Source: Anaeromyxobacteraceae bacterium (GTDB taxonomy: Bacteria; Myxococcota; Myxococcia; Myxococcales; Anaeromyxobacteraceae). From it: DNA of 64,000 nt. Position numbers and translations under genes: made by a program. Below are positions 17,363 to 27,339 of this stretch, piece after piece. The DNA is taken from NCBI GenBank assembly GCA_047602405.1, contig JASGHJ010000001.1:960001-1024000 (forward strand), given 5' to 3'. Under the pieces are notes generated by a model. It saw nothing but the letters and a program-made list of their open reading frames with translations. It was not told the origin of the DNA and did no database searches. Each line of letters opens with the position of its first letter. Within the stretch, counting starts at the first letter, position 1.

Positions 17363-20300
17363 GACAGCACGAGCACGAGGTCGTCCTTCTCGACCTTGTC
17401 ACCCTCCTTGAACCGCACCTCGGCGACGGTGCCCTCGGCCTTCGACTTCACGCTCGTCTCCATCTTCATCGCCTCGGAGACGAAGAGTACCTGGCCGACG
17501 GTGACGGGGTTCCCCACCTTCACCGCGAGCTTCACGAGCTTCCCGGGCATCGGGGCGCCGACGTGCTTTCCGTTGCCCTTGTCGGCCTTCGGGCGCGCGG
17601 TGCCGTCCTTCGCGGCGGAGGCGTCCTTCACGGTGACCGCGCGCGACTCCCCGTTGAGCTCGAAGTAGACCTCGCGCGTGCCGTCCTTTTGGAGCGGGCC
17701 GACGTTCGCGAGGCGCACGATGAGCGTCTTCCCGGGCGAGATCTCGATCAGCACCTCCTGGCCGAGCTCGAGGCCGTAGAAGAACTGCGGCGTCGGGATG
17801 ACCGAGGTGTCCGAGAACTCCTGCTGGTGGCGCAGGAGGTCGGCGGTGACCGAGGGGTAGAGCACCCAGGACGTGAGCGCGGTGTCGGAGATCGGCTGGC
17901 CGGCCCGCTCGGCGGCCTGGGCGCGGAGCTTCTCGAAGTCGACCGGATCGAGGAGCTCGCCGGGGCGGTGGGTGATGGGCTTCTCGCCCTTCAGGATCGC
18001 CTCCTGCACGTCCTTCGGCCACCCGCCGTGGGGTTGCCCGAGCATGCCCTTCATCATCCCGACCACCGACTCCGGGAAGACGAGGTCCTTCGCCCTCTTC
18101 ACGACGTCCTCGGGCTCGAGGTCGTTCTTCACGAGGAACATCGCCATGTCGCCGACGACCTTCGAGCTCGGCGTCACCTTCACGACGTCGCCGAACAGGA
18201 GGTTCACCTTCCGGTACATGTCCTTGCACTCCTCCCAGCGGTCGAGCAGCCCGAGCCCGGCCACCTGCGGCTTGAAGTTCGAGTACTGGCCGCCGGGGAT
18301 TTCGTGCGCGTACACCTCGGCGGTGCCGCTGCGCAGCCCGGACTCGAAGGGGGCGTACCACTCCCGCACCGTCTCCCAGTAGGCCGCGAGCTGCTGCAGG
18401 CCGTCCTGATCCAGGCCGGTGTCGCGCTCGTGGCCGGCGAGGCAGGCGACGAGGGTGTTGAGGTTCGCCTGCGAGGTGAGGCCGGAGAGCGGCGCGATGG
18501 CCGCGTCCACGACGTCGACGCCCGCCTGCGCGGCCTCCAGCAGCGTCGCGCCGGCGAAGCCGGAGGTGTCGTGCGTGTGGAGGTGGACCGGGATCCCGAC
18601 CGCCTCCTTGAGCGCCTTCACGAGCTTGCGGGCCGCGAAGGGCTTGAGGAGCCCCGCCATGTCCTTCACGCCCAGGAAGTGGGCGCCCATCCGCTCGAGC
18701 TCCTTCGCGAGCGAGACGTAGTAGTCGAGCGGGTACTTGTCCCGCTTCGGGTCGGTGATGTCGCCCGTGTAGCAGACGGCGGCTTCGCAGACCTTGCCGG
18801 ACTTCCGCACGGCCTCCATCGCGACGGCCATGCCCTTCGTCCAGTTGAGCGCGTCGAACACGCGGAACACGTCGACGCCGCGCGCGGCGGCCTCCTCCAC
18901 GAACCGCTCGACGACGTTGTCGGGGTAGTTCGTGTAGCCGACCGCGTTCGAGCCGCGGAGCAGCATCTGGAGGAGGAGGTTCGGCACCGCGGCGCGGAGG
19001 TCCGTGAGGCGCCGCCACGGGTCCTCCTTCAGGAACCGCTGGCAGACGTCGAACGTCGCGCCGCCCCAGGCCTCGAGCGAGAAGAGCCCGGAGGCGAGGC
19101 GCGCGGTCGCGGGCGCCACGCGCAGCAGGTCGTAGCTCCGCACGCGGGTCGCGAGCACCGACTGGTGCGCGTCGCGCCAGGTGGTGTCGGTGAGGAGGAG
19201 CCGCTTCTGCGCGAGCACCCACCGGGCGAGCGCCTCGGGCCCTTCGGCGTCGAGGAGCTGCTTCGTGCCCTTCGGCGGCGCCTCGAGGTGGTCGTAGACC
19301 GGCATCCGCGGCTCGCGGCAGGCGGTGGCCTTGAGCGGGTTCGCGACGCCCGGCGAGCCGTTCACGATGACCTCGCCCAGGTAGGCGAGGAGCTTCGTGC
19401 CGCGGTCCTGCTTCACCGGCATCCGGAGCAGCTCCGGGTGCGCGTCGATGAAGGTCGTGTCGCACTGGCCGCTCGTGAAGAGCGGGTGCTCGATGACGTT
19501 CTCGAGGAACCCGATGTTGGTCTTCACCCCGCGGATGCGGAACTCCTGCAGGCAGCGGTCCATGACCCGCGCCGCCTGCGCGAAGTCGAGCCCCCAGGTC
19601 GAGACCTTCACGAGGAGCGAGTCGTAGTGCGGCGTGATCACCGCGCCGCCGAACGCGCTGCCGGCGTCGAGGCGCACGCCCGCGCCGCCCGGGCTGCGGT
19701 ACGCCTTCACGACGCCGATGTCCGGCGCGAAGCCGTTCTGCGGGTCCTCGGTGGTGACGCGGCACTGGATGGCGTGGCCGCGCATCTGGATGTCGGCCTG
19801 GCTCCCCATGCCGAGCTCGGCGAGCGTCGCGCCCTCCGCGATGCGGAGCTGGGCCTGCACGAGGTTCCGCCCGGTGATCATCTCGGTCACCGTGTGCTCG
19901 ACCTGGATGCGCGGGTTCATCTCGATGAAGTAGAAGCGGCCGTCGCGATCGAGGAGGAACTCGCAGGTGCCGGCGCTGCGGTACTGCACCGAGCCGGCGA
20001 TCTTCAGGGCGGCGGCGCAGATGGCCTCGCGCTTCGCCGGATCGAGCGCGAGCGCGGGGGCGAACTCGACGACCTTCTGGTGGCGCCGCTGGATGGAGCA
20101 GTCGCGCTCGAAGAGGTGGACGAGGTTGCCGTGCCCGTCGCCCAGCACCTGCACCTCGATGTGCTTCGGCCCCTCGAGGTAGCGCTCCAGGAAGACGGTC
20201 GGGTTGCCGAACGACGCCTGCGCCTCGCGGCGCGCCGCCGCGAGTCCCGTGACGAGCTCCTCGCGGGTGCGGGCGACGCGCATGCCGCGCCCGCCGCCGC

Positions 20301-20805
20301 CGGCGGCCGCCTTGATGATGAGCGGGTAGCCCGCATCCTTGGCGAAGAGGAGCGCCTCCTCGTCGGTCTCGATGGGCTCGGGCGTGCCGGGCACGACCGG
20401 CACGTTCACGGCGATCGCGGCCTTGCGGCCCGCGACCTTGTCGCCGAGGCGGCGCTGCTGCTCGGCGGTCGGGCCGACGAAGAGGATGCCGGCCCGGTCG
20501 CAGGCCTCGGCGAAGTCCGGGTTCTCGGAGAGGAAGCCGTAGCCCGGGTGGATCGCGTCGACGCCCTTCTCCTTCGCGAGCGCGATGATCTCGTCGATCG
20601 CGAGGTAGGCCTCGATCGGCCCCTTGCCCTTGCCGACCTGGTAGGCCTCGTCCGCCTTGTACCGGTGCAGCGAGAAGCGATCCTCGTGCGAGTAGAGGGC
20701 GACCGTGCGGATGTCGAGCTCGGTCGCGGCGCGGAAGATGCGGATGGCGATCTCGCCGCGGTTCGCGGCCAGGATCTTCTGGATCTTGCGGGGAGGCGTC
20801 GGCAC
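17359..20805 (-). CDS. pyc: Pyruvate carboxylase
   Basis: Biotin carboxylase (ANRGEIAIR, HPGYGFLSEN, RDCSIQRRHQK), carboxyltransferase (RDAHQS, WGGATFD, HLHTHDT) and biotin carrier EAMKM; AAGGAG before GTG at 20805. Confidence 0.97.
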   Translation of the reverse strand: MPTPPRKIQKILAANRGEIAIRIFRAATELDIRTVALYSHEDRFSLHRYKADEAYQVGKGKGPIEAYLAIDEIIALAKEKGVDAIHPGYGFLSENPDFAEACDRAGILFVGPTAEQQRRLGDKVAGRKAAIAVNVPVVPGTPEPIETDEEALLFAKDAGYPLIIKAAAGGGGRGMRVARTREELVTGLAAARREAQASFGNPTVFLERYLEGPKHIEVQVLGDGHGNLVHLFERDCSIQRRHQKVVEFAPALALDPAKREAICAAALKIAGSVQYRSAGTCEFLLDRDGRFYFIEMNPRIQVEHTVTEMITGRNLVQAQLRIAEGATLAELGMGSQADIQMRGHAIQCRVTTEDPQNGFAPDIGVVKAYRSPGGAGVRLDAGSAFGGAVITPHYDSLLVKVSTWGLDFAQAARVMDRCLQEFRIRGVKTNIGFLENVIEHPLFTSGQCDTTFIDAHPELLRMPVKQDRGTKLLAYLGEVIVNGSPGVANPLKATACREPRMPVYDHLEAPPKGTKQLLDAEGPEALARWVLAQKRLLLTDTTWRDAHQSVLATRVRSYDLLRVAPATARLASGLFSLEAWGGATFDVCQRFLKEDPWRRLTDLRAAVPNLLLQMLLRGSNAVGYTNYPDNVVERFVEEAAARGVDVFRVFDALNWTKGMAVAMEAVRKSGKVCEAAVCYTGDITDPKRDKYPLDYYVSLAKELERMGAHFLGVKDMAGLLKPFAARKLVKALKEAVGIPVHLHTHDTSGFAGATLLEAAQAGVDVVDAAIAPLSGLTSQANLNTLVACLAGHERDTGLDQDGLQQLAAYWETVREWYAPFESGLRSGTAEVYAHEIPGGQYSNFKPQVAGLGLLDRWEECKDMYRKVNLLFGDVVKVTPSSKVVGDMAMFLVKNDLEPEDVVKRAKDLVFPESVVGMMKGMLGQPHGGWPKDVQEAILKGEKPITHRPGELLDPVDFEKLRAQAAERAGQPISDTALTSWVLYPSVTADLLRHQQEFSDTSVIPTPQFFYGLELGQEVLIEISPGKTLIVRLANVGPLQKDGTREVYFELNGESRAVTVKDASAAKDGTARPKADKGNGKHVGAPMPGKLVKLAVKVGNPVTVGQVLFVSEAMKMETSVKSKAEGTVAEVRFKEGDKVEKDDLVLVLS

Positions 20806-21103
20806 GGCGGCGCTCCTTGGTCGGGCTCGGGTGGGCCGACGAGGAGAGCACGCGCGATCTGGGCTGTCCACGCCCGCGAGGTCGCGAGCGAGGAGCAGGG
20901 CGGCGGACCCCGGCGCCCCTGGTCATGGCCGGGGCCCGCCGCGCCGGATCACCGGCCGATCCGATGAACGCCCCATGGATGCCTCGAAGGCCGGAGGGCG
21001 GACAGGTGCAGTCGGCGAAAGTCGCCTGGGCCACCCGGACGGTCCCCGTCGCGGCCCGCGTGGGCTCGCTAGGCTTCGGTTCCCCCTGGGGAAAGCGTTC
21101 CCC

Positions 21104-22639
21104 GTGTCGCGTCTCGGCCCCCTCGCAGCGCTCCTCCCGCTCGCCCTCGCGGCCTGCGTCTCCAACCCCTACTCCGGCACCGCCGTCGCGCCGGGCTCCA
21201 CCGCCGCCTCGTTCGCCGGCTTCCAGCTCCGGTCGTTTGCCGGCGAGACCATCCGCGTCGAGGTCGAGCGGCCCTCCGGCGCCTGGACCCTGCTCGGCGA
21301 GGCCCCGGTGGATCGGTTCAATGGCTGGTTCGCGACCGTCGCGGTGCCGGACGACGCCTGGCGGCTCCCGCCCTGCGGCGCCGCACGGTTCCGGTTCACC
21401 GACGCGCCCTCCGGCTACGCCCTCGCCGGCCTGTCCGCCGCCTGCATGGATCCGCTGGGCCCGAGCCCGAGCCTCGGCCAGGCCGCGGCCTGCCTCGTGC
21501 CGACGGTCGAGCTCTTCCGCGGCCAGGTCCACGCCGGCAACCTCGTCGTGGACGGCCAGGCGGACGCCGACGCCCACGCCTGCGTCACGGTCGTGCAGGG
21601 CGACCTCACGGTCGTGGGCGACCGCCAGCCCGGGCCGCAGGGGACCTACGCGCCCGGCGTCACCTTCACGATGACGAACCTCGCCGAGGTCACCGGCAGC
21701 CTCACCGTGGACGGCGGGCGCACCACCGCGTTCCGGCTCCCGCGCCTCGCGCGCGTGGGCGGCGACCTCACGATGCTCTCCACCCAGTTCATCACGCTGA
21801 CGACGCCCTCCACCGGGCAGACGCAGGCGGACACCACGGCGACCCGGTTCGACCTCCAGCGCCTCGCGGCGGTGGGCGGGAGCGTGTCGCTCCGGGACGC
21901 GAAGGACGGCTCCCTCGCTGGCAGCGCGCCCGACCACGACTTCGGTCTCGACGGCCTGTGGCAGCTCGGCGGCGACCTCCGGATCGAGGTGCCGGTCTTC
22001 CCCTCGCGCGTCGTGGGCCTGCGCGGCCTCGCGGAGGCGCCGCGCGACGTCGTCCTCGATCTCGGCGCGACGGACGTGAACGCCCCGACGCTCCTGCCCG
22101 ACCTCGCCCGGGTGAAGGGCGCCCTCTCGCTCACGGTGAACCCGCGCGCGCAGGCCATCCTCCCGGCGCTCGGGCGGGTCGACGGCAGCGTCACCATCAC
22201 CCCGCAGTCGAGCGCGATGACGATCTTTCCGGGGTTCCTGCCCTTGCTCGCGGAGGTGGGCGGGGAGGTGCGCATCACCGGGACCACGCAACCCTGCGGG
22301 CAAGCCTGGCTCCCCGCGCTCCGTGCGGTGGGCGGCATGCTCCGGCTCACCGGTGGCTCGCCCGAGGGCGCGGTCGGCGCGACCGGGGCCACGCCGCTCG
22401 TGCTCGGGGGGCTCCTCGTGTCCGGCACCGACGCCGCCGTCGTGCCCGTGCACCCGGACGTGCAGGTGACCGGGAAGGGGCCGGTGATCTTCACGACGAA
22501 CCCGCGGCTCTGCCCGTGCCTGTCCCTGACCCTCGGCGCGAGCCTCGCCTCGCGCGGGTGGACGGGCGTCGTGCAGGAGGGCGGAAACGGCGCCGCCGCC
22601 TCCTGCGCCGGGCTGTGTCCGGCGCTGACCTGCCCCTAG
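21104..22639 (+). CDS. Lipoprotein with receptor-L-domain-like leucine-rich solenoid repeats
   Basis: (V)SRLGPLAALLPLALAAC lipobox; repeated LxxLxxVxGxLxI units; capped by ACVTVVQGDLTV and TTNPRLCPC. Confidence 0.7.
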   Translation: MSRLGPLAALLPLALAACVSNPYSGTAVAPGSTAASFAGFQLRSFAGETIRVEVERPSGAWTLLGEAPVDRFNGWFATVAVPDDAWRLPPCGAARFRFTDAPSGYALAGLSAACMDPLGPSPSLGQAAACLVPTVELFRGQVHAGNLVVDGQADADAHACVTVVQGDLTVVGDRQPGPQGTYAPGVTFTMTNLAEVTGSLTVDGGRTTAFRLPRLARVGGDLTMLSTQFITLTTPSTGQTQADTTATRFDLQRLAAVGGSVSLRDAKDGSLAGSAPDHDFGLDGLWQLGGDLRIEVPVFPSRVVGLRGLAEAPRDVVLDLGATDVNAPTLLPDLARVKGALSLTVNPRAQAILPALGRVDGSVTITPQSSAMTIFPGFLPLLAEVGGEVRITGTTQPCGQAWLPALRAVGGMLRLTGGSPEGAVGATGATPLVLGGLLVSGTDAAVVPVHPDVQVTGKGPVIFTTNPRLCPCLSLTLGASLASRGWTGVVQEGGNGAAASCAGLCPALTCP

Positions 22640-23487
22640 GGACGGAGCGCCGCGAGCACGGCCTCCGCGAGCCGGTCCGCCTCCTCCTCGCCGAGGAACA
22701 GCTCTGGCTCGAGCACCTCGAGCTCCATCAGCACGGGCCCGCGCGCGGTCTCGACGAGGTCCACCCGCGCGAACGCCGGGGCCACCGGCGCGAGCGCGAG
22801 CACGCGCGTTGCGAAGGAGACGGTCTCCGCGGGCGGCACCTGCCGGGCCCAGGTGCCGCCGAGCTCCTTCTGGACGCGGAAGTCGCCGGCGGCGGGGCGC
22901 TTCACGACGGCGTGGCTGAACGCGCCGCCGAGGAACACGAGCGAGCGCTCGCCGGCGCTCCGGATCTCCGGCACGAGCGCCTGCAGCATCGCGGGGCCCT
23001 CGACCTCACCGGAGGTCACGAGCTCGGTCCGGTGCGCGCTCGCCGAGACGAGCGGCTTCGCCACGGCCGCGGCCCAGCCGCGGACGCGCAGGACCTCCGC
23101 CACGCCGGCGCGCTCGCCCGGCCCGAGCCAGACCGTGTCCGGCACCGCCACCCCGGCCTCGGCGAGCCCGCGGAGGTAGCGCTTGTCGAGGTTCCAGCGC
23201 AGGAGCGCCGAGGGGTTCACGCACGGCACTCCGGCGACGTCGAGCCGGTCGAGCCAGGCGAGGAACTCGGCGCCGCGCAGGTGGTAGTCCCAGGTCGAGC
23301 GCACGACGACGCCGTCGAGCCCCGGCCAGGCGGCCGAGGCGTCGCTCCACGCGACCTGCTCGACCGCGCAGCCCCGCGCCTCGAGCGCACGCCGGAGCAG
23401 CACGTCGCCCTCGGGCGCGCCGGCGCCGGTGCCGGGCGCGTGGGTGGCGATCGCGAGCCGCACGGGCCTGCCGGGCACGGGGAGCAC
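22636..23487 (-). CDS. ATP-grasp ligase (RimK/glutathione-synthetase-like)
   Basis: VRSTWDYH, WNLDKRYL, KPLVSASA, GDFRVQ..GG, ARVDL, MELEVLEPELF. Confidence 0.85.
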   Translation of the reverse strand: MLPVPGRPVRLAIATHAPGTGAGAPEGDVLLRRALEARGCAVEQVAWSDASAAWPGLDGVVVRSTWDYHLRGAEFLAWLDRLDVAGVPCVNPSALLRWNLDKRYLRGLAEAGVAVPDTVWLGPGERAGVAEVLRVRGWAAAVAKPLVSASAHRTELVTSGEVEGPAMLQALVPEIRSAGERSLVFLGGAFSHAVVKRPAAGDFRVQKELGGTWARQVPPAETVSFATRVLALAPVAPAFARVDLVETARGPVLMELEVLEPELFLGEEEADRLAEAVLAALRP

Positions 23488-23493
23488 CGGGGC

Positions 23494-25590
23494 TCAGGCG
23501 GCGGCGGGGGCCGGGGAGGCCGGCTCGGCCGCCGGCCCGACCTCGACGAACGCGTCGTAGAAGCCGCTCCCCTCGCCCCAGTCGGTCGGCTCCTCCGGCG
23601 TGAGCGCGTTCGCGCTGCGGCGGACGCCGTCCGCGTCGTGGGCGCCGCCGTAGGGCAGGAACGCCACCCCCGGGCGCACCCGGTCGGAGACGCGGCAGAT
23701 CGCGACGAGCTCGCCGAGCCCGTTCCACACGCGCACGCGCTGGCCGTCGGCGAGCCCGAGGCGGCGGGCGTCCGCCGGGGCGAGCTCGACCTCGAGCGGC
23801 CCCTCGCGCCGGCGGTGGTGATCGAGGTCGGCGTAGGTGGCGTTCAGGAAGTGGAGCGTCTTCGCCGTGAGGAGCTGCAGCGTGCCCTCCGGGGCCGCCC
23901 TCGGCGCGCCGTGGTGCGGGACGGGATCGATGCCGAGCACGGCGAGCGAGGGCGCGACGAGCTCGGCCTTCCCGGACGGCGTCGCGAAGCCGCCCTCGGC
24001 GTACGGCCGGTAGTCGTCCGGCACCGCGAGGGGCGCGAAGCCCTCGTCGAGGAGCCGGTCGAGGGTGACGCCGCGGAGCCACGGGTGGTCGCTCGTGAGC
24101 GCGGTCTGCACGAGCGCCTCGTCGGACTCGAAGAGGAAGGGCTCGGTGCGGCCGAGGGCTGCGGCGAGGCGGCGGAAGAGCTCGGTGTTCGAGACCGCCT
24201 CCCCGCGCGGCGCGATGGCGGGGCGGTTGAGGCCGAGGACCATGTGGCCCCACGCCGGGACCACGTCGAGGTGCTCGATCTGGCTCGTCGCCGGGAGCAG
24301 GTAGTCGGCGTAGCGGGCCGTGTCGGTGGGCATCAGGTCGTGCACGACCGTGAAGAGGTCCTCGCGGGCGAGCCCGCGGCGGATCGCGTTCTGGTTGGGC
24401 ACCGACGCGGCGGGGTTCGCGTTCCAGACGAAGAGCGCGCGGATGGGCGGCGCGAGCGTCGTGGAGCAGAGGTCACGGCCGAGGTCGCGCATGTTGAGCG
24501 ACCTCACCCCCGGCTTCCAGACCTCCTCCATCGCGAGCCGCGCGCCGCCGAGGGCCTGGCCCTGCATCGAGCCGGTCGAGCGGAAGATGCCGCCGCCGAG
24601 GTCCCTCCAGGCGCCGGTGAGCACCGGGAGGCACGCGAGCGTCCGGTAGGTCATCGCACCGTTCACGTGGTGCTCGAGGCCGATGAGCGGGCGCAGCGTC
24701 GCGGGCCGCGTGGTCGCGTACTCGCGCGCGAGCCGCTCGACGTCGGCGGCGGCGAGCCCGGTGAGCGCCGCGACGCGCTCCGGCGGGTACTCCGAGAGGC
24801 GCTCCACGAGCGCCTCGTACCCGGTCGCGTACCGGGCCACGTAGTCGTGGTCGACGAGCCCGTCGCGCACGATGACGTGCATCATCCCGAGCGCGAGCGC
24901 GGCGTCGGTGCCCGGGCGCGGCGCGAGGTGCCAGTCGGCCTGGGCCGCCGTGCGGGTCCGCACCGGATCGATGCACACGAGCTTCGCGCCGCGCCGCCGC
25001 GCCTCATCGAGCGTGGCCCACAGGTGCATGTTCGTGACGAGGGTGTTCGTGCCCCAGAGCACGATGTACCGGCTGTGCACGAGCGTGGCGGGGTCGAGGC
25101 CGCGACCCGTGCCGTTCGTCGCCGACATGCCGATGCCCGGCACCTCGCCGCAGATGTTCCGGACGAGCCGGCTCGCGCCGAGCACGCCGAACAGGCGCCG
25201 ATCGAGCGACGCCATCTGGATCATCCCCTGGGTGCCCGCGCTCGAGTACGGGAGGATCGCCTCCGCGCCGGACTCCGCCACGATCGCCTGGAGGCGCCGC
25301 GCGATGTCGGCGAGGGCCTCGTCCCAGGACACGCGCTCGAAGCGCGCCTCGCCCTTCGGCCCCACCCGGCGCAGCGGGTGGAGCACGCGGCGGGGGTGGT
25401 GGACGAGGTCGAGGTAGCGGTTCACCTTCGCGCAGAGCGCGCCCTTCGTGTACGGGTGCTCCTTCGCCCCGCGCATCGCCACCGCGCGGCCGCCCTCGAC
25501 GGTCACCTCCCACGCGCACGAGTCCGGGCAGTCGTGCCCGCAGGTCCCGCGCACCACGCCGTCGCTCGCCAGCACCGGAAGGTTCGCCAT
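23494..25590 (-). CDS. Cytoplasmic molybdopterin (bis-MGD) oxidoreductase with an N-terminal Fe-S motif
   Basis: CGHDCPDSC...LCAK, RVSWDEAL, PGTDAALALG, TARYADYLLPA, C-terminal dinucleotide-binding domain; no Tat signal. Confidence 0.9.
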   Translation of the reverse strand: MANLPVLASDGVVRGTCGHDCPDSCAWEVTVEGGRAVAMRGAKEHPYTKGALCAKVNRYLDLVHHPRRVLHPLRRVGPKGEARFERVSWDEALADIARRLQAIVAESGAEAILPYSSAGTQGMIQMASLDRRLFGVLGASRLVRNICGEVPGIGMSATNGTGRGLDPATLVHSRYIVLWGTNTLVTNMHLWATLDEARRRGAKLVCIDPVRTRTAAQADWHLAPRPGTDAALALGMMHVIVRDGLVDHDYVARYATGYEALVERLSEYPPERVAALTGLAAADVERLAREYATTRPATLRPLIGLEHHVNGAMTYRTLACLPVLTGAWRDLGGGIFRSTGSMQGQALGGARLAMEEVWKPGVRSLNMRDLGRDLCSTTLAPPIRALFVWNANPAASVPNQNAIRRGLAREDLFTVVHDLMPTDTARYADYLLPATSQIEHLDVVPAWGHMVLGLNRPAIAPRGEAVSNTELFRRLAAALGRTEPFLFESDEALVQTALTSDHPWLRGVTLDRLLDEGFAPLAVPDDYRPYAEGGFATPSGKAELVAPSLAVLGIDPVPHHGAPRAAPEGTLQLLTAKTLHFLNATYADLDHHRRREGPLEVELAPADARRLGLADGQRVRVWNGLGELVAICRVSDRVRPGVAFLPYGGAHDADGVRRSANALTPEEPTDWGEGSGFYDAFVEVGPAAEPASPAPAAA

Positions 25591-25611
25591 GGTCACCTTC
25601 TAGCGGGGCCG

Positions 25612-25656
25612 CTGGCACCCTTGAAGCGCCAGTTCCCACGAGTACGATGGTGCCAG
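25612..25656. promoter_or_regulatory. Putative MocR-type operator (direct and inverted repeats) in the divergent intergenic region
   Basis: CTGGCACC (25612-25619), GCGCCAG (25626-25632), GGTGCCAG (25649-25656), flanking a TACGAT -10-like box. Confidence 0.55.
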
Positions 25657-25672
25657 AGGAGACGCCCCTTCC

Positions 25673-27106
25673 GTGGCCCGCCATCCGCTCGCCGCCCTCG
25701 CGCTCTCGCGCGGCAAGGGCGCCCCGCTGCAGCGCCAGCTCGTCGCGGGCGTGAAGGCGCTCGTGCAGCGCGGCGCCATCCGCCCCGGCGACGCCCTGCC
25801 CTCGACGCGTGACCTCGCCGCCGAGCTCCGCGTCTCGCGCAACACCACCTCCGCCGCCTACGACCAGCTCGTCTCGGAGGGCTACCTCGAGGCGCGCCCG
25901 CGCTCCGGCGTGTTCGTCTCCGGCGCACTCGCCGGCCGGCTGCGCGGCTCCGGCGCCACGGGGCCGGCCCGGAGCCACCTCCCGGAGGCGCCTCCCCTGC
26001 CGCCCCTCGCCTCGCCGGTGGCGTTCCGGCCCTGCTACCCCGACGTGCGGCTCTTCCCGCTGGCGCTCTGGAACCGCTGCCGCGCGCGGGCGCTGCGCGA
26101 GCACGGCCCGGCGCTGCTCCACTACCAGCCGCACCCGCTGGGGCTCCCCGCGCTGCGTCGCTCGCTCGCCGAGTACCTCGGCGCCAGCCGCGGCGTGCGG
26201 TGCAGCTGGGAGCAGATCGCGATCACCACGGGCTCGCAGCAGGCGCTCTACCTCCTCGCGCGGGTGCTCCTCGGACCCGGGAGGCCCGCGCTCATCGAGG
26301 ATCCCGGCTACCCGGGCGCGCGCGAGGCCTTCCGCTCGACCGGCGCCGACCTCCGGCCCATCCCGGTGGACGGCGACGGCCTCGTGCCGCCCGCGCGCCT
26401 CCCGCGCGGCGCGGTCGTCTACACGACGCCCTCGCGCCAGTTCCCGACCGGCGCGCCGCTCCCGGTCGCCCGCCGCCTCGCGCTCCTCGCCGCCGCCGAG
26501 GCCGCCGGCGCCTGGATCGTCGAGGACGACTACGACTCCGAGTTCCGCTACGCGCGTGCGCCGCTGCCGAGCCTCCACGGCCTCGACGAGGCCGGGCGCG
26601 TCGTCTACGTCGGCACGACCTCCAAGGTCCTCGCCCCGGCGCTCCGCATCGGCTACGTCGTGCTCCCGCCGGCGCTCGTGGAGCGCTTCTCCGCGGTGCG
26701 CACGGTCGTGGACGAGCACGGCCCGCTCCTCGACCAGGCGACGCTCGCCGCGTTCCTCGACGCGGGCGCGTTCTACGGTCACCTCCGCCGCTGCCGGCGC
26801 GAGTACGCCGGGCGCCTCGACGCCTTCCTCTCGGTCGCGCGCGAGGTCGGCGCGCCCCTCGAGTTCCGCCACGCCGACAGCGGCATGAACCTCCTCGGCC
26901 GCTTCACCGCGCCGCCCCGCGATCCGGCCGCGCAGCGCCGCCGGCTCGCGGAGGCCGGCTTCGCCGTGCCCGGCCTCGAGCCGTACCTGCTGGAGCCGGG
27001 CGGCCGGCCCGCTCACCACGCCGCGCTCTTCTTCGGCTTCAGCGCTTTTACCGCGGGTGCGCTCCGTCAGGCCTGGCGGCGGCTCGGGCCGCTCCTCGCG
27101 AGGTGA
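25673..27106 (+). CDS. MocR/GabR-family regulator (GntR HTH + PLP aminotransferase fold)
   Basis: LPSTRDLAAELRVSRNT, EDPGY, EDDYDSEFRY, GTTSKVLAPALRIGY with the PLP Lys retained. Confidence 0.94.
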   Translation: MARHPLAALALSRGKGAPLQRQLVAGVKALVQRGAIRPGDALPSTRDLAAELRVSRNTTSAAYDQLVSEGYLEARPRSGVFVSGALAGRLRGSGATGPARSHLPEAPPLPPLASPVAFRPCYPDVRLFPLALWNRCRARALREHGPALLHYQPHPLGLPALRRSLAEYLGASRGVRCSWEQIAITTGSQQALYLLARVLLGPGRPALIEDPGYPGAREAFRSTGADLRPIPVDGDGLVPPARLPRGAVVYTTPSRQFPTGAPLPVARRLALLAAAEAAGAWIVEDDYDSEFRYARAPLPSLHGLDEAGRVVYVGTTSKVLAPALRIGYVVLPPALVERFSAVRTVVDEHGPLLDQATLAAFLDAGAFYGHLRRCRREYAGRLDAFLSVAREVGAPLEFRHADSGMNLLGRFTAPPRDPAAQRRRLAEAGFAVPGLEPYLLEPGGRPAHHAALFFGFSAFTAGALRQAWRRLGPLLAR

Positions 27107-27339
27107 CGCGGAGTGACGCGGCGCGACGCGCCCGCCGGTGGCGACCCGTTCCGTACATCCGCGCACGTACCCGGCGCACGTGCTCGCCCTCCGGCGGATC
27201 GGTGACGTCCACGCGCCCGCGCCGGTCACCGCTCCTGTCGATCGTGCCGCCGGTACGGGTCGCCGGGGCCACGGGTTCGGCGTTCCTCGCGACCACGTGC
27301 CGCATCGGAGGATCGCGCCGGTTGGGCGAGTTTCGTCAG

